Of a stretch of 64,000 nucleotides of DNA, positions 9,469-18,320 are shown in pieces (positions within the stretch are counted from its first letter, which is position 1; each line of letters begins with the position of its first letter). The position numbers were made by a program, and so were the translations under genes. The stretch is from assembly GCA_033762915.1 (NCBI GenBank), contig JANRLD010000107.1, forward strand, positions 1 to 64,000, given 5' to 3'. Under the pieces are notes generated by a model. That model searched no databases, was not told the origin of the DNA, and saw only the letters and a program-made list of their open reading frames with translations. Origin of the DNA: Meiothermus sp. GTDB taxonomy: Bacteria; Deinococcota; Deinococci; Deinococcales; Thermaceae.

Positions 9469-10644
9469 TCAAACCGAGGTTTGGGCCTCGAGGCGGCTGC
9501 GGGTAGCGGGCGATAGGGCAGGATGCTCGAGCAGGAGTTCAAGGGTTCGCTCCGAGCTTCGCTTGCGTTTCGACCACAGCTCGTACTCGAGATACTCGGC
9601 GCGTTCGGCACCAGAGCTATACTGCTTGGCCGGGTCGCATTCTTCGGCTGGCTCTGAGGCCACCTTCGCCAAATAGTTCAAGTGGGTTTGAGCTACCCTG
9701 TCCAGAATCTCGGCGTTGGTTTTGGGGTGTCTGAGCACGTGAAAATGCAGCCCACCGTCACAGATGTCCGCGATGCGTCCGAGCAGGTCTTCGGACAAAT
9801 CGAGACGATGCCTGAGCATTAAGGTCAGGGTGATTCCGCCGCCGCCGTACACGTGATTGCCACTAATGTAAATCTCAGGGCCAGTCTCGAGCAGTTCTGG
9901 ATTGCGGACGAAGATCTGTTCAACCACCTCGGTGGGCGTGTTAATGTTGCTCACCACGGACTCGAGCACCTGTCTGTCGGGGTCGTGGGCGAGCGACACC
10001 AAGCGTTCGGCTGGAATCGCTCGAATCTTGCCACTGGACAGGTACGCATCAATGCTTTTGACACGGGTGAACGGGTGCGGGTGCTGGGCCAGCTTGTCCA
10101 GGGTTGAATCGAGGGTGTTGGGGTGCTTAGCAACTCCCCAAACCACCAGCAATTCGGGGTCGTCGGACAGGCGGTCTAGCACCTCCGCCGAGGTGTTGTG
10201 GTTGCTGGCAACTGCTTGGCGCACCTCAGGGGCGGGGTCGCGGGACAGGCGCTCGAGTACGTGGGGCGGGCAGTCGTAGTGTTCGGCCACGCTTTGGCGC
10301 ACGGTGTGGCGCTTATGGCTGGCAACAATCTCGAAAAGGCTATCCGGCACGGTGATCTTGCGCCGGACTTTCGGCCCGAAGATGGCCTTGGCCACCGCCC
10401 ACTGGGCGTCGCGGGCCAGTATCTCGAGTATCTCGAGCGGCGCTTGGGGGTCTTTGGCAACGGCAGCTCGGGTGGGCATGTCGCGGCTCTTGATCAGTTC
10501 GTGGTAAAGCGTGAGTGGAATGTTGCTGATGTATTTAGGAATCAGCCTCGAGAGCTGGGGGTCGAGCCGGGATAGCTCGAGTAGCCGCTCGGGCGCAGGT
10601 TTGATACTGCGTTTGATTTCTTTTTTCAGGGCTTCGATGTCCAT
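9469..10644 (-). CDS. LRV/HEAT-like helical repeat protein, paralog 1
   Basis: LERLSRDPAPEVRQAVASN repeats, colinear with 8234-9460. Confidence 0.85.
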   Translation of the reverse strand: MDIEALKKEIKRSIKPAPERLLELSRLDPQLSRLIPKYISNIPLTLYHELIKSRDMPTRAAVAKDPQAPLEILEILARDAQWAVAKAIFGPKVRRKITVPDSLFEIVASHKRHTVRQSVAEHYDCPPHVLERLSRDPAPEVRQAVASNHNTSAEVLDRLSDDPELLVVWGVAKHPNTLDSTLDKLAQHPHPFTRVKSIDAYLSSGKIRAIPAERLVSLAHDPDRQVLESVVSNINTPTEVVEQIFVRNPELLETGPEIYISGNHVYGGGGITLTLMLRHRLDLSEDLLGRIADICDGGLHFHVLRHPKTNAEILDRVAQTHLNYLAKVASEPAEECDPAKQYSSGAERAEYLEYELWSKRKRSSERTLELLLEHPALSPATRSRLEAQTSV

Positions 10645-10685
10645 AATTTTCCGACCTCGTGTTCAAGCAAGTTGCGTTACCGTCC

Positions 10686-11195
10686 TCACTGTTTGGTGCG
10701 CGAGAGCACCCTAACTTGACTCCATTGCAATAGCCCAGCACTCAGCAGCAACACCACACTGACCGCGTAGTTTGTCCAAGGCCGCCAAGCCAGAGCTGTC
10801 TCGGCAAGCCAGACTTGTTCGGGGTTGCGCTCGAGATACACAATCTTCTTGCGGTCGTCTACCTGTGTGGCGTTGTACTCGGCCTCGGTGACCTCGAGTT
10901 CAGCAAAGATCAACTTGCCCAAGTTGACCTTAGGCGGGGTAAGCTCGAGTCGGCAGCAGATTTCGGTGGGCTCGGTGAAGAAGCTGACCCGCAGCACATA
11001 GGGCTTGCAGGTGCGCCCGGCGCAGATCGAACGGTATGGGAGCTTTCGGGCCACTCGAGCGTTTTTCTGAATCCCTTCGCGTTGCAAGGCGGCGAACTGC
11101 GGCGCGGTCAGGAACACGGTCCACAAGCCGATCCATAGCCCAAACAGCAGCAACAAGATGGCGACCACTTGAAGAATTGAGAGGGGCCGATTCAT
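10686..11195 (-). CDS. DUF3592-like membrane protein
   Basis: Two TM helices, IVYLERNP motif, C..R.C loop shared with 6946-7491. GGAGG RBS. Confidence 0.65.
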   Translation of the reverse strand: MNRPLSILQVVAILLLLFGLWIGLWTVFLTAPQFAALQREGIQKNARVARKLPYRSICAGRTCKPYVLRVSFFTEPTEICCRLELTPPKVNLGKLIFAELEVTEAEYNATQVDDRKKIVYLERNPEQVWLAETALAWRPWTNYAVSVVLLLSAGLLQWSQVRVLSRTKQ

Positions 11196-12604
11196 GGCTT
11201 CCGCCTCCGCTTTGGCTGGGTTGCTTCGGCATGGTCTTTGCGGTTGAAGCCGCCTGAGCACCAGTCGTTGTAGACAAACTCGAGTTCCCCCGAGGCCAGC
11301 GCGTGGGTGCGCTCCCCGATTCGCTGGATGGCTGCGTCGGGATGTTTCAACAAGCTGTCAGCAAAGCCCAGCATCTTACGAGGTTCGTGCTTGTGCAGGC
11401 CCGCCAGATGGCAATAGATGCAGTGCCGCAGATAGTCGGCCTCGGGTAACGACGGGTCGGAAGCCAGGTCGGCCAAGGTAATGATCCAGTCGTCCCAGTT
11501 CACCACCAGGTCCCACTCCATCGCGGGGCTTCCGTTTCTGGGCAGCGACGCCCACTCGAGCAACTCGAGATAGCTGGGGTTGTACACATCTTTGAAGTTG
11601 ACCCCGTTCGGATTTAATTCAAGTGCGTGCAATAACTTAACCCGTCCGTTGTCCCAGCCTGTGAGCAAGCGGTAAGGCTGGCCGCCAATCTCGATGGGCA
11701 AGCTGCGGGGCTGCTCGAGTTGTGCCGCTTCGACAGCCTCGAGGCAAATGTGCAGGCCGTCCCAAAAGCCCACCTCGTTGGGGAAATCGGGGTCGAAGAC
11801 CATAAAGTCTAAGCTTAGTGGACAGTCTTGGATTCGGATGATCTTCTTGTCCAAGTCGAGGTAGCTCCGTAGATATTCGGCCGTGTTTACGGCGCGGCTG
11901 AGGTGGGAATACTTCTTTAGCTGCTCGAAGATGACCGGCGAAACGGAGCAGTTGATAAGGTTGGCCTGCTCGAGCCGCTTCAGCAACTCCCCTCGCCAGA
12001 ACTCGGCTTCGTCGGGGGTGTAGTCCCTGGCACCTTTGTCGAACAAGGCCGCGTAGCGGTAGGCGGCCTGCTCGAGTTCGTTCAGCAAGCTGGGCATTAG
12101 CAGACCTTTTTGCTGGGCATGGTCGAACTTAATCGCCCACTCGTCTTCGCTATAGACCTCCACGCCCTCAGGGAATTGGGTTTGCCCAGTAGCGACGGCC
12201 CCAGACACTTCAATCAGCTTCAACAGGCTGCTGTGGGCTATGAAGGTGCTGAGTTGCATGCTGGGTACGAACTTGTATGTCCAGACGGGTTCGTCGAGCT
12301 TTATTCCACGGGTGTACTCGTAATCGTCGCGGACACGGTTGAACTCGACGGTGTTGGCCCACTGGGCGAACTCGCTGGGCTCGATGGGGTAGTACCACAG
12401 CACAGGGGCGCTGCGCTCGGGCCTAAGTTGGAGCAAGTTGGTCTGGAGTTCAGGGTTAGTCAAGGCGCTGGCAAAGTACCGTAGCAGCTCGTTGCGGTCG
12501 TGGTCATCGGCCGGAACCAGCCACAAGCGCTGGCCCTCGCACTCCACCCGCAGCACAAAGCCATCTATTCGCACAATACACTCGGTGGGGTTGGGCAAGC
12601 TCAT
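11192..12604 (-). CDS. Hypothetical multidomain protein
   Basis: The real start is MSLPNPTEC (ATGA overlap at 12604). The N-terminal domain is shared with 12601-14262. Confidence 0.7.
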   Translation of the reverse strand: MSLPNPTECIVRIDGFVLRVECEGQRLWLVPADDHDRNELLRYFASALTNPELQTNLLQLRPERSAPVLWYYPIEPSEFAQWANTVEFNRVRDDYEYTRGIKLDEPVWTYKFVPSMQLSTFIAHSSLLKLIEVSGAVATGQTQFPEGVEVYSEDEWAIKFDHAQQKGLLMPSLLNELEQAAYRYAALFDKGARDYTPDEAEFWRGELLKRLEQANLINCSVSPVIFEQLKKYSHLSRAVNTAEYLRSYLDLDKKIIRIQDCPLSLDFMVFDPDFPNEVGFWDGLHICLEAVEAAQLEQPRSLPIEIGGQPYRLLTGWDNGRVKLLHALELNPNGVNFKDVYNPSYLELLEWASLPRNGSPAMEWDLVVNWDDWIITLADLASDPSLPEADYLRHCIYCHLAGLHKHEPRKMLGFADSLLKHPDAAIQRIGERTHALASGELEFVYNDWCSGGFNRKDHAEATQPKRRRKP

Positions 12605-14262
12605 GGCTGGCCCCGCTTGCGTTTGTAGGGGATTCTGTCCCAGGCTCCAAGGCCGTGCCGAGCGTGATAAGCCTCGATATCGTCGGCCTCGGTGGGGCTT
12701 TTGGACAGGATGCGCTCGGCGTGGGCCAGCTTGGGCACGCCGCCGTCCCAGGCCAGCAGCAGGTGCACCGGAATGCCCAGGAACTCCATCTCGAGCGGAA
12801 CCAGACTCTGGGGGTCGGCATCGTGCCAGGCCGTCTCGGCGTGGGCGGTGAACTCGCCGAAGTCGGCGATGCGGTCGGCGGGGAAATCTATGGGGCGCAG
12901 GAACCAATCCAGCGCGACGGGCAGCTTGCCCACGTCGTCGAGGGTGGGCAGGTCGAGTTCGGGGTAGCGGCGGGCGTGGTGGTCGAGGTGGCGGAACATG
13001 CCCAAGGCCGCTGTGGCGCACTCTAGCAAATGGGTAGCCCCGGCCTCTTCGATCTGGCTCAATACTCCGTCTACGTCCAGATCGCGGTTGAACAAGCGGC
13101 CTCGAGTCATCAACTCCAAGAGTTCGCTGCGTTCGCGCTCGAGGTTGGATGCGTTGTTTTCCAAGGCTCGAAGGTAGCTGGCGGCGTACTCCTCGAGCAT
13201 CCGTATCTCGCCAGGCAGCATACCCGTTGAACCCGCCCAGCCAAAGCGCAGGTCCCAGGCATTTTCGGACAAAACTTCCAGGCCCTCCAGCAGCAGAATG
13301 TATTGACAGAGCACCAGCTCTCGAGCCAGCCAGACCACCTTGTGCAAGGTGCTGTGGGCGAGGCAGTGAAACCTCAACCGCGGGTCGCGGCGGTCGCTGT
13401 AGACCCATATGGGTTCGGGTACCCTTCCCAATCGTCGCTGCAACTCGAACAGGGCATCCACATGCGGGTAGTCGAAATCGTCAAAACTGGGTGCAACTTG
13501 GAACAACTCATGGGTCTGGCTCTTGTACTCCGCACCCAGCTGTATTCGCCGCCAGAACTCGGGAAAGGTTGCGTCGTTTTGGGCTTGCTCGAGCAAAAAC
13601 TCGAGGATCGGCCTGTCGCTGTATTCCGAGCCGTAGGCCCGCGCGATGCTTTCTCGAGCCGACAACTGGGGAAGGTCGTTTTCGTCCAACCGTACCCAAA
13701 CGGTATAACCGTCTACCAGCAAAGCAAAAGGACTGGGGGGCAGTTCTTGCACCAAGCTCACCCCTTCAGGCAGTAGGGTTTTTCCGAGAAGTAAGGTCGC
13801 CTCAGCTTTGATGATCTTATGAACGCTGGACTGTGGGATGTATTGAGCCGAATTGCGCCAACTTCCACTGCTAACACGGACGTTCCAAACGGGCTCGTTT
13901 GGCGGCTGGCCAAAGCGTTTTTGATAGCGCTCAAGTTCTTCTAAAAACTCGGGGTCTTGCTGGTATTCAGCAAACTCCTCGAGCTGTATCAAATGCCCGT
14001 AAAACACCTCAGATAAAGCCCAGCCCTCACCACTTACAAAGCCCTGATGCAGCAAGTGGTCAATGCTCTCGAGCTTCACCCCGCCCCGTTCTTCGGCCCA
14101 GGGCTCGCTCGGCTTAGAAGCGTTCAACAGAAACTCGATGATGTTTTTGTAATAACCTTCCGACACTACGATTTTCTTCTCGTCCTTCCGCAGTACCAAC
14201 AACGGATACCCGTCTACCAACAGTCGCTTTTCCATTATCCAGTCAGGGTATTCAGACACCAT
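12601..14262 (-). CDS. Hypothetical protein with internal duplicated domain
   Basis: 553 aa, AGGAG RBS, two copies of LLVDGY...EP(V/I)W...S(S/T)(V/L)HK...EG(V/L). Confidence 0.75.
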   Translation of the reverse strand: MVSEYPDWIMEKRLLVDGYPLLVLRKDEKKIVVSEGYYKNIIEFLLNASKPSEPWAEERGGVKLESIDHLLHQGFVSGEGWALSEVFYGHLIQLEEFAEYQQDPEFLEELERYQKRFGQPPNEPVWNVRVSSGSWRNSAQYIPQSSVHKIIKAEATLLLGKTLLPEGVSLVQELPPSPFALLVDGYTVWVRLDENDLPQLSARESIARAYGSEYSDRPILEFLLEQAQNDATFPEFWRRIQLGAEYKSQTHELFQVAPSFDDFDYPHVDALFELQRRLGRVPEPIWVYSDRRDPRLRFHCLAHSTLHKVVWLARELVLCQYILLLEGLEVLSENAWDLRFGWAGSTGMLPGEIRMLEEYAASYLRALENNASNLERERSELLELMTRGRLFNRDLDVDGVLSQIEEAGATHLLECATAALGMFRHLDHHARRYPELDLPTLDDVGKLPVALDWFLRPIDFPADRIADFGEFTAHAETAWHDADPQSLVPLEMEFLGIPVHLLLAWDGGVPKLAHAERILSKSPTEADDIEAYHARHGLGAWDRIPYKRKRGQP

Positions 14263-15394
14263 GTTGCTCCTGCCAAGCGAGTAGCTTTTGTTCCAAGTTG
14301 TCGGGCGTAGTTTTCAGAATTGTCGCGATGATACCGTGCTTCCACTCGAGGCTGGCCGTGGCCCCAAGCGACTTCTCGAGGTCTTCCAGGCTGAACCCGA
14401 ACTGCATCAGTTCCTGAGTGCGCTCGTAGGTTTGGAGCTTCCCGAAGGCACCGCCGAGGATGATCTCGAGGGAGCGCTGGTAGAACTGCTCGAGGCTCAG
14501 GCGTTCCACCGAGACCCTAACCCCCTGGCTCAGGTGCTCGATAAACACGTACTCGCCCGATTGGGTGAGGTAGTGGGCCATCTGGTTGTAGCTAAAGTGG
14601 GAGATGCGCAGCAACCCCGGAAAGCCCGCCGTGATGTCGCAGGATGGAATCTCGATTTCTTCTTGCTGCGAATCCAGCGCCGCCCGCACGAAGCGGGGCA
14701 CGGGCTGCTTGTAGAGGTTGGGGTCATTGAGCTCAAAGACCTCGCGCATGCTCAAGTAGCGCAGGGCACTGCTGAACTGCCCGCCGTCGTCCACCTCGAG
14801 CAAGAATCTTGAATACAGTTCGGGAATCCTGAAGCCGCGGCTGAACTCCAGCACCGACCAAACCTGTTGCTCGATTGCGTCTACTGGAGGGTTGAGCTGG
14901 TACTCGTGATTGGGCTCGAATTGGCTCAGCCGCCGGATCGCGTCGTGGATGCGCTCAGGCAGGGTGGGGACGCGCTCCAAGGGCAGCTTGCCGTACTGGC
15001 GGCGCACCTTGAATACGTCCGGGCCGTAGACCGCCACGCGGTAGCGCCAATCGTCGCCGCTCCAACGGATTCGGCCCATCTCGTGCTTGATGCCGAGTTG
15101 GGTCAGTTGGGCCCCGAAGGTTTGGGCCTCGGCTTGATCGATGAACTTGCCCACCGAGTGGCTGTGGCGGAAGCGGGTTACGTAATCGAACAGGAAGGCG
15201 CAGGCTTCGGCCTCGAGGCCCGACTCGAACAGCACCTCCTGCACAAAACCGCGCTCGGCGTAGACCACCTTCCACACCCCGCCCTCCTGGATCAAGCAGA
15301 ACTCGTCGTCGCCCAGGCGGTTGATCTGGTAGCCGTCCGCGCCTTGGGCCAGGAGATGAGCTTTAAGGGATTTGGCGTTCAGGTTGGTGGGCAT
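14252..15394 (-). CDS. Fusion of Imm59-like and SMI1/KNR4(SUKH)-like immunity domains
   Basis: N-terminal FCLIQEGGVWKVVYAERG...EAEACAFL and central LNPPV...GFRIPELYSRFLLEVDDGG. The start may be the ATG at 15406. Confidence 0.6.
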   Translation of the reverse strand: MPTNLNAKSLKAHLLAQGADGYQINRLGDDEFCLIQEGGVWKVVYAERGFVQEVLFESGLEAEACAFLFDYVTRFRHSHSVGKFIDQAEAQTFGAQLTQLGIKHEMGRIRWSGDDWRYRVAVYGPDVFKVRRQYGKLPLERVPTLPERIHDAIRRLSQFEPNHEYQLNPPVDAIEQQVWSVLEFSRGFRIPELYSRFLLEVDDGGQFSSALRYLSMREVFELNDPNLYKQPVPRFVRAALDSQQEEIEIPSCDITAGFPGLLRISHFSYNQMAHYLTQSGEYVFIEHLSQGVRVSVERLSLEQFYQRSLEIILGGAFGKLQTYERTQELMQFGFSLEDLEKSLGATASLEWKHGIIATILKTTPDNLEQKLLAWQEQHGV

Positions 15395-15402
15395 GCTTTT
15401 CC

Positions 15403-16194
15403 TCATGGGTGGTCGGCGAACAGGCGGCTCGAGAAGCCATAGGCCAGACCACCCTCGAAGACCTCTTTGACCCAGCGGCGGAACACCCCCGGGCTGGTGA
15501 TGTGGTGGCGCTTGCCGAAGCTGGTGATCAGGAAGGACTGCTCGAGGCTGCGGGCCCTGAGTGCTTCCAAGCGGGCCAGGCACTGCTTATAGGGGGTGGG
15601 CTTGTCGTACCAGGCGGCCTCGAGGAACTCCTCTTTCCAGGGTTTCTCCCAGACGATGTGGGCGACCTTGGCGTGTTTGGGCGAGGAAACCCAAGCGGCT
15701 TCCTCCTCTCCGTCGCGGTAGAAACTCAGCGCTTCGGGCAGGCTGCGGAAGTTGCCCAGATGCACGGTGTCGAACTCGTCTGAGTCGGCTTCCCGCTGTA
15801 CCCCCAGCGCTCGAAGGGCGGTATTGATCCAGGTGTCCTCGAGCGGTCGCAGCTGCTCGCCCTGATAGAGCGCTGCGTACTGCTCGCCCAGGCCGCCGAA
15901 GTAGTCGGTCACCAGCAGCGCGTACAGCGGCTCGGCCTGTCCGCTGACTTCGCGCAAGATATGAGCAATCACCCGGTCGTGCGGCAGCAGGTAGTGGTCT
16001 TTGGGCGGGATGCCTGGGGGCAGCTCGAGTTCCCCCCCTAGGCCCAGGTGCGCCGCCCAGTGTTCGCAGTAGCAGCCGCTGAAGTACAGCAGATAGAACC
16101 CCTGTGGCAGGGCCTGCCAGCTCAGGTCGAAGCGCTCGAGAATGGAGGGCTCGAGGGTTCCATTGAAGATTGCGCCGGAGATGTGGTGGGCCAT
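15403..16194 (-). CDS. Hypothetical protein
   Basis: AAGGA RBS, TDYFGGLGEQ...INTALRALGV...DEFD motif. Confidence 0.7.
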   Translation of the reverse strand: MAHHISGAIFNGTLEPSILERFDLSWQALPQGFYLLYFSGCYCEHWAAHLGLGGELELPPGIPPKDHYLLPHDRVIAHILREVSGQAEPLYALLVTDYFGGLGEQYAALYQGEQLRPLEDTWINTALRALGVQREADSDEFDTVHLGNFRSLPEALSFYRDGEEEAAWVSSPKHAKVAHIVWEKPWKEEFLEAAWYDKPTPYKQCLARLEALRARSLEQSFLITSFGKRHHITSPGVFRRWVKEVFEGGLAYGFSSRLFADHP

Positions 16195-16201
16195 AGGTTC
16201 C

Positions 16202-16651
16202 TTAGGGTAGTGCGGAGGTCTCTCGAGGCTGCTGGTCTTTGGGTGCGTAGCGCTGCCATAACCACCTTAGGGTGAGGCCCCCTGCAGCCAGGGCGGCCAG
16301 CAAAAACAACGGGGCTTTGATAAATGCGGTCAGTAGCAAAGCCGTCAGTGCACCCAGCGCATAGAAGGACAGGGCCACCCAGTGCTTCGAGTGTGGAGCT
16401 GCGAGGGTGGGTAAAAGCACCACCAGCACCGCCGCCGCTGCCGCCTCGAGGCCCAGCGCTCCCAGGAACAGCACCCGCCACACCCCCAGGCAGGGGGAGT
16501 CGTTGATGCCGGGGCTGTAGCCGGGGTTTTGCAGATAACACCAGCCCTCGACCAGCGTATTGAGCGCAGTGGCACCGAAAAAGGCAACCAATAAGCCCAT
16601 GGCCGCGCTCGGCACGGTCAGCAGCCAGCGCAGCACCGTCCAGGCCCTCAC
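16202..16651 (-). CDS. Small multi-TM membrane protein, paralog B
   Basis: GTGA overlap start, LRWLLTVPSA...VVLLPTLAAPHSK. Confidence 0.65.
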   Translation of the reverse strand: MRAWTVLRWLLTVPSAAMGLLVAFFGATALNTLVEGWCYLQNPGYSPGINDSPCLGVWRVLFLGALGLEAAAAAVLVVLLPTLAAPHSKHWVALSFYALGALTALLLTAFIKAPLFLLAALAAGGLTLRWLWQRYAPKDQQPRETSALP

Positions 16652-17031
16652 CGCGCACCCCCGAAACGTAGCCACAGCCGCCAAGTGGTCACCCCGCCTG
16701 CGACCAGGGCCGTCAGCAGCATGAAGGGCTCGCCCGTGAACGTCACCATCCAGAACGCCGCCACTGCGCCCAGGGCGTAGAACACCAATGCCGTGTGGTG
16801 CTTGTGCGCCGGGGCGATCAGGGTGGGCAGCAACACCACCGCTACCGCCGCCACAGTGATGCCAAGATAGATGGAAACCCCGGTCGGCAAGAACTTCCAG
16901 TCGGTGCAACTGCCGCCAACACAAAGGTTCTCGAGCAGCCCCACCAGGGCCAGAGTGCCCTGAACCGACAGGAAAAACCCCACCACCGCACTGGGCAGCG
17001 TGAGCAGCCAACGCAACGCGCTCAGCCACAT
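16648..17031 (-). CDS. Small multi-TM membrane protein, paralog A
   Basis: MWLSALRWLLTLPSA...VVLLPTLIAPAHK. Confidence 0.65.
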   Translation of the reverse strand: MWLSALRWLLTLPSAVVGFFLSVQGTLALVGLLENLCVGGSCTDWKFLPTGVSIYLGITVAAVAVVLLPTLIAPAHKHHTALVFYALGAVAAFWMVTFTGEPFMLLTALVAGGVTTWRLWLRFGGAR

Positions 17032-17702
17032 AGCCCCATCCTCGCCATCCAGGGGTTGCTGTAGTCGCAGGCATCGGGGATTGCCCCCGTGAGCAGCCAG
17101 TACGCCGCCCCCCCCGCGAACAAGAGTTGAACCGAGAGCGTCGCCGAGTTGACCTGCCGCCGCTGTATCCAAACCACCCAGGCGTAGGGGAAGGCCAACA
17201 GGGCGGCTCGAGCGCTGCCCTCGAGCCAGGGATTCCAAACCGCCACCCCGCGCCCAAGCACCCTCCCGCTGGGCGTGGTAACGGGCTCGCTGGCGCTGTA
17301 GGGGTTGAGCAGCAGGGTGGAGACGAACACGACCAAAAGAACCATGTGGACGGTGAATAGCACCGGCGCTTCCTTGGGGTGTAGCACGTAACTTGCTGGC
17401 ACTCGAGCCAGCAGCACGAAGTACCACAGGGGGGCAAGAAAGATCAAGGCCGCACCCAGCACAAAAGCCTGGGGCTCGCTCCATATCGAACCCCAGCCCT
17501 CGCCGATGAGTTGCATGGCGCGGGGCTCGAGGCGGGCCAGTTGGGCGAAGAAGGTCCAGAAGCTCGGCAGAACCAGCAAGAGCAGCACGCCTTTGACCGC
17601 CCATGGCAGCGGCTGGCGCAGCATCCACAAGCAGCCGCCCCACACCGTCAGCCAGATCAGGCCCAGCACGGCAGCACCGACCCAGGGGCTATACACGCGC
17701 AC
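17022..17702 (-). CDS. Polytopic membrane protein
   Basis: About 6 hydrophobic segments, overlaps both neighbours. Confidence 0.65.
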   Translation of the reverse strand: MRVYSPWVGAAVLGLIWLTVWGGCLWMLRQPLPWAVKGVLLLLVLPSFWTFFAQLARLEPRAMQLIGEGWGSIWSEPQAFVLGAALIFLAPLWYFVLLARVPASYVLHPKEAPVLFTVHMVLLVVFVSTLLLNPYSASEPVTTPSGRVLGRGVAVWNPWLEGSARAALLAFPYAWVVWIQRRQVNSATLSVQLLFAGGAAYWLLTGAIPDACDYSNPWMARMGLCG

Positions 17703-17937
17703 CCCCGACAGCCTTGAGGCCGTGTGCTTTCAGCACCTCGTCCAACACGTCCTGGTACTTGCCCTCGCGCACCGTACGCTCCTGCCAACCGCGCCGCTCG
17801 AGGGCTAGGCGCATTCCCACTTCAAGTTGGCCCCATCCCAAGATGATGTCCAGCCCACGCCGAAGGTTCTGCTCGTCGGGCACAAGGCTATAGCTGCGGC
17901 GCTTTTGCAGGTTGGGCTTGAATAGGAGTTTGCTCAT
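17689..17937 (-). CDS. Stand-alone copy of the repeat domain of 18317-19807 (82 aa)
   Basis: FKPNLQKRRSYSLVP...VREGKYQDVLDEVLKAHGL, ATGA overlap. Confidence 0.6.
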   Translation of the reverse strand: MSKLLFKPNLQKRRSYSLVPDEQNLRRGLDIILGWGQLEVGMRLALERRGWQERTVREGKYQDVLDEVLKAHGLKAVGGARV

Positions 17938-18320
17938 TGGCGGCCCCACGTGGGGCGCCACTCGAGGTAGCCTTCCTCGCCGTCGAAGGTGGCTTGCCGG
18001 TCGGTTCGCACAAACTCGATCACCCAGTTGAGCTGCCAGTCGTCGCGGATCACGTCGCGCATGATTTTTTCCATCACACCGCGCAGCGTCTGTGCATCGG
18101 AGAAGACCGCCCCCTGCACCATGCACGAGGCCAGCCAGAGGCCCTGCCGGGGCGACAAGCGTATCCAGATATAGCCAAGGTCGGGCTGGGTTTTGTAGGC
18201 CTCGCTGTAGCTGCCCTGGTTGGCGCTGAGGTCGGTCAGGCGGCACAGCCAGTCCGTGCCCGAGCCGTAGCAGCCCACCTCGATGATCCTCCCGCCCAGC
18301 TCAAACTCGAAGTGGCTCAC
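17934..18320 (-). CDS. Hypothetical protein
   Basis: GTGA overlap start with GAGGGG RBS. Confidence 0.6.
   Translation of the reverse strand: MSHFEFELGGRIIEVGCYGSGTDWLCRLTDLSANQGSYSEAYKTQPDLGYIWIRLSPRQGLWLASCMVQGAVFSDAQTLRGVMEKIMRDVIRDDWQLNWVIEFVRTDRQATFDGEEGYLEWRPTWGRQ

Noticed and set aside
12605..13408. N-terminal extension making the 738-aa ORF 11192-13408
   Set aside because: It overlaps the real 12601-14262 gene in another frame and is Arg/Pro-rich shadow sequence. The true start is at 12604.
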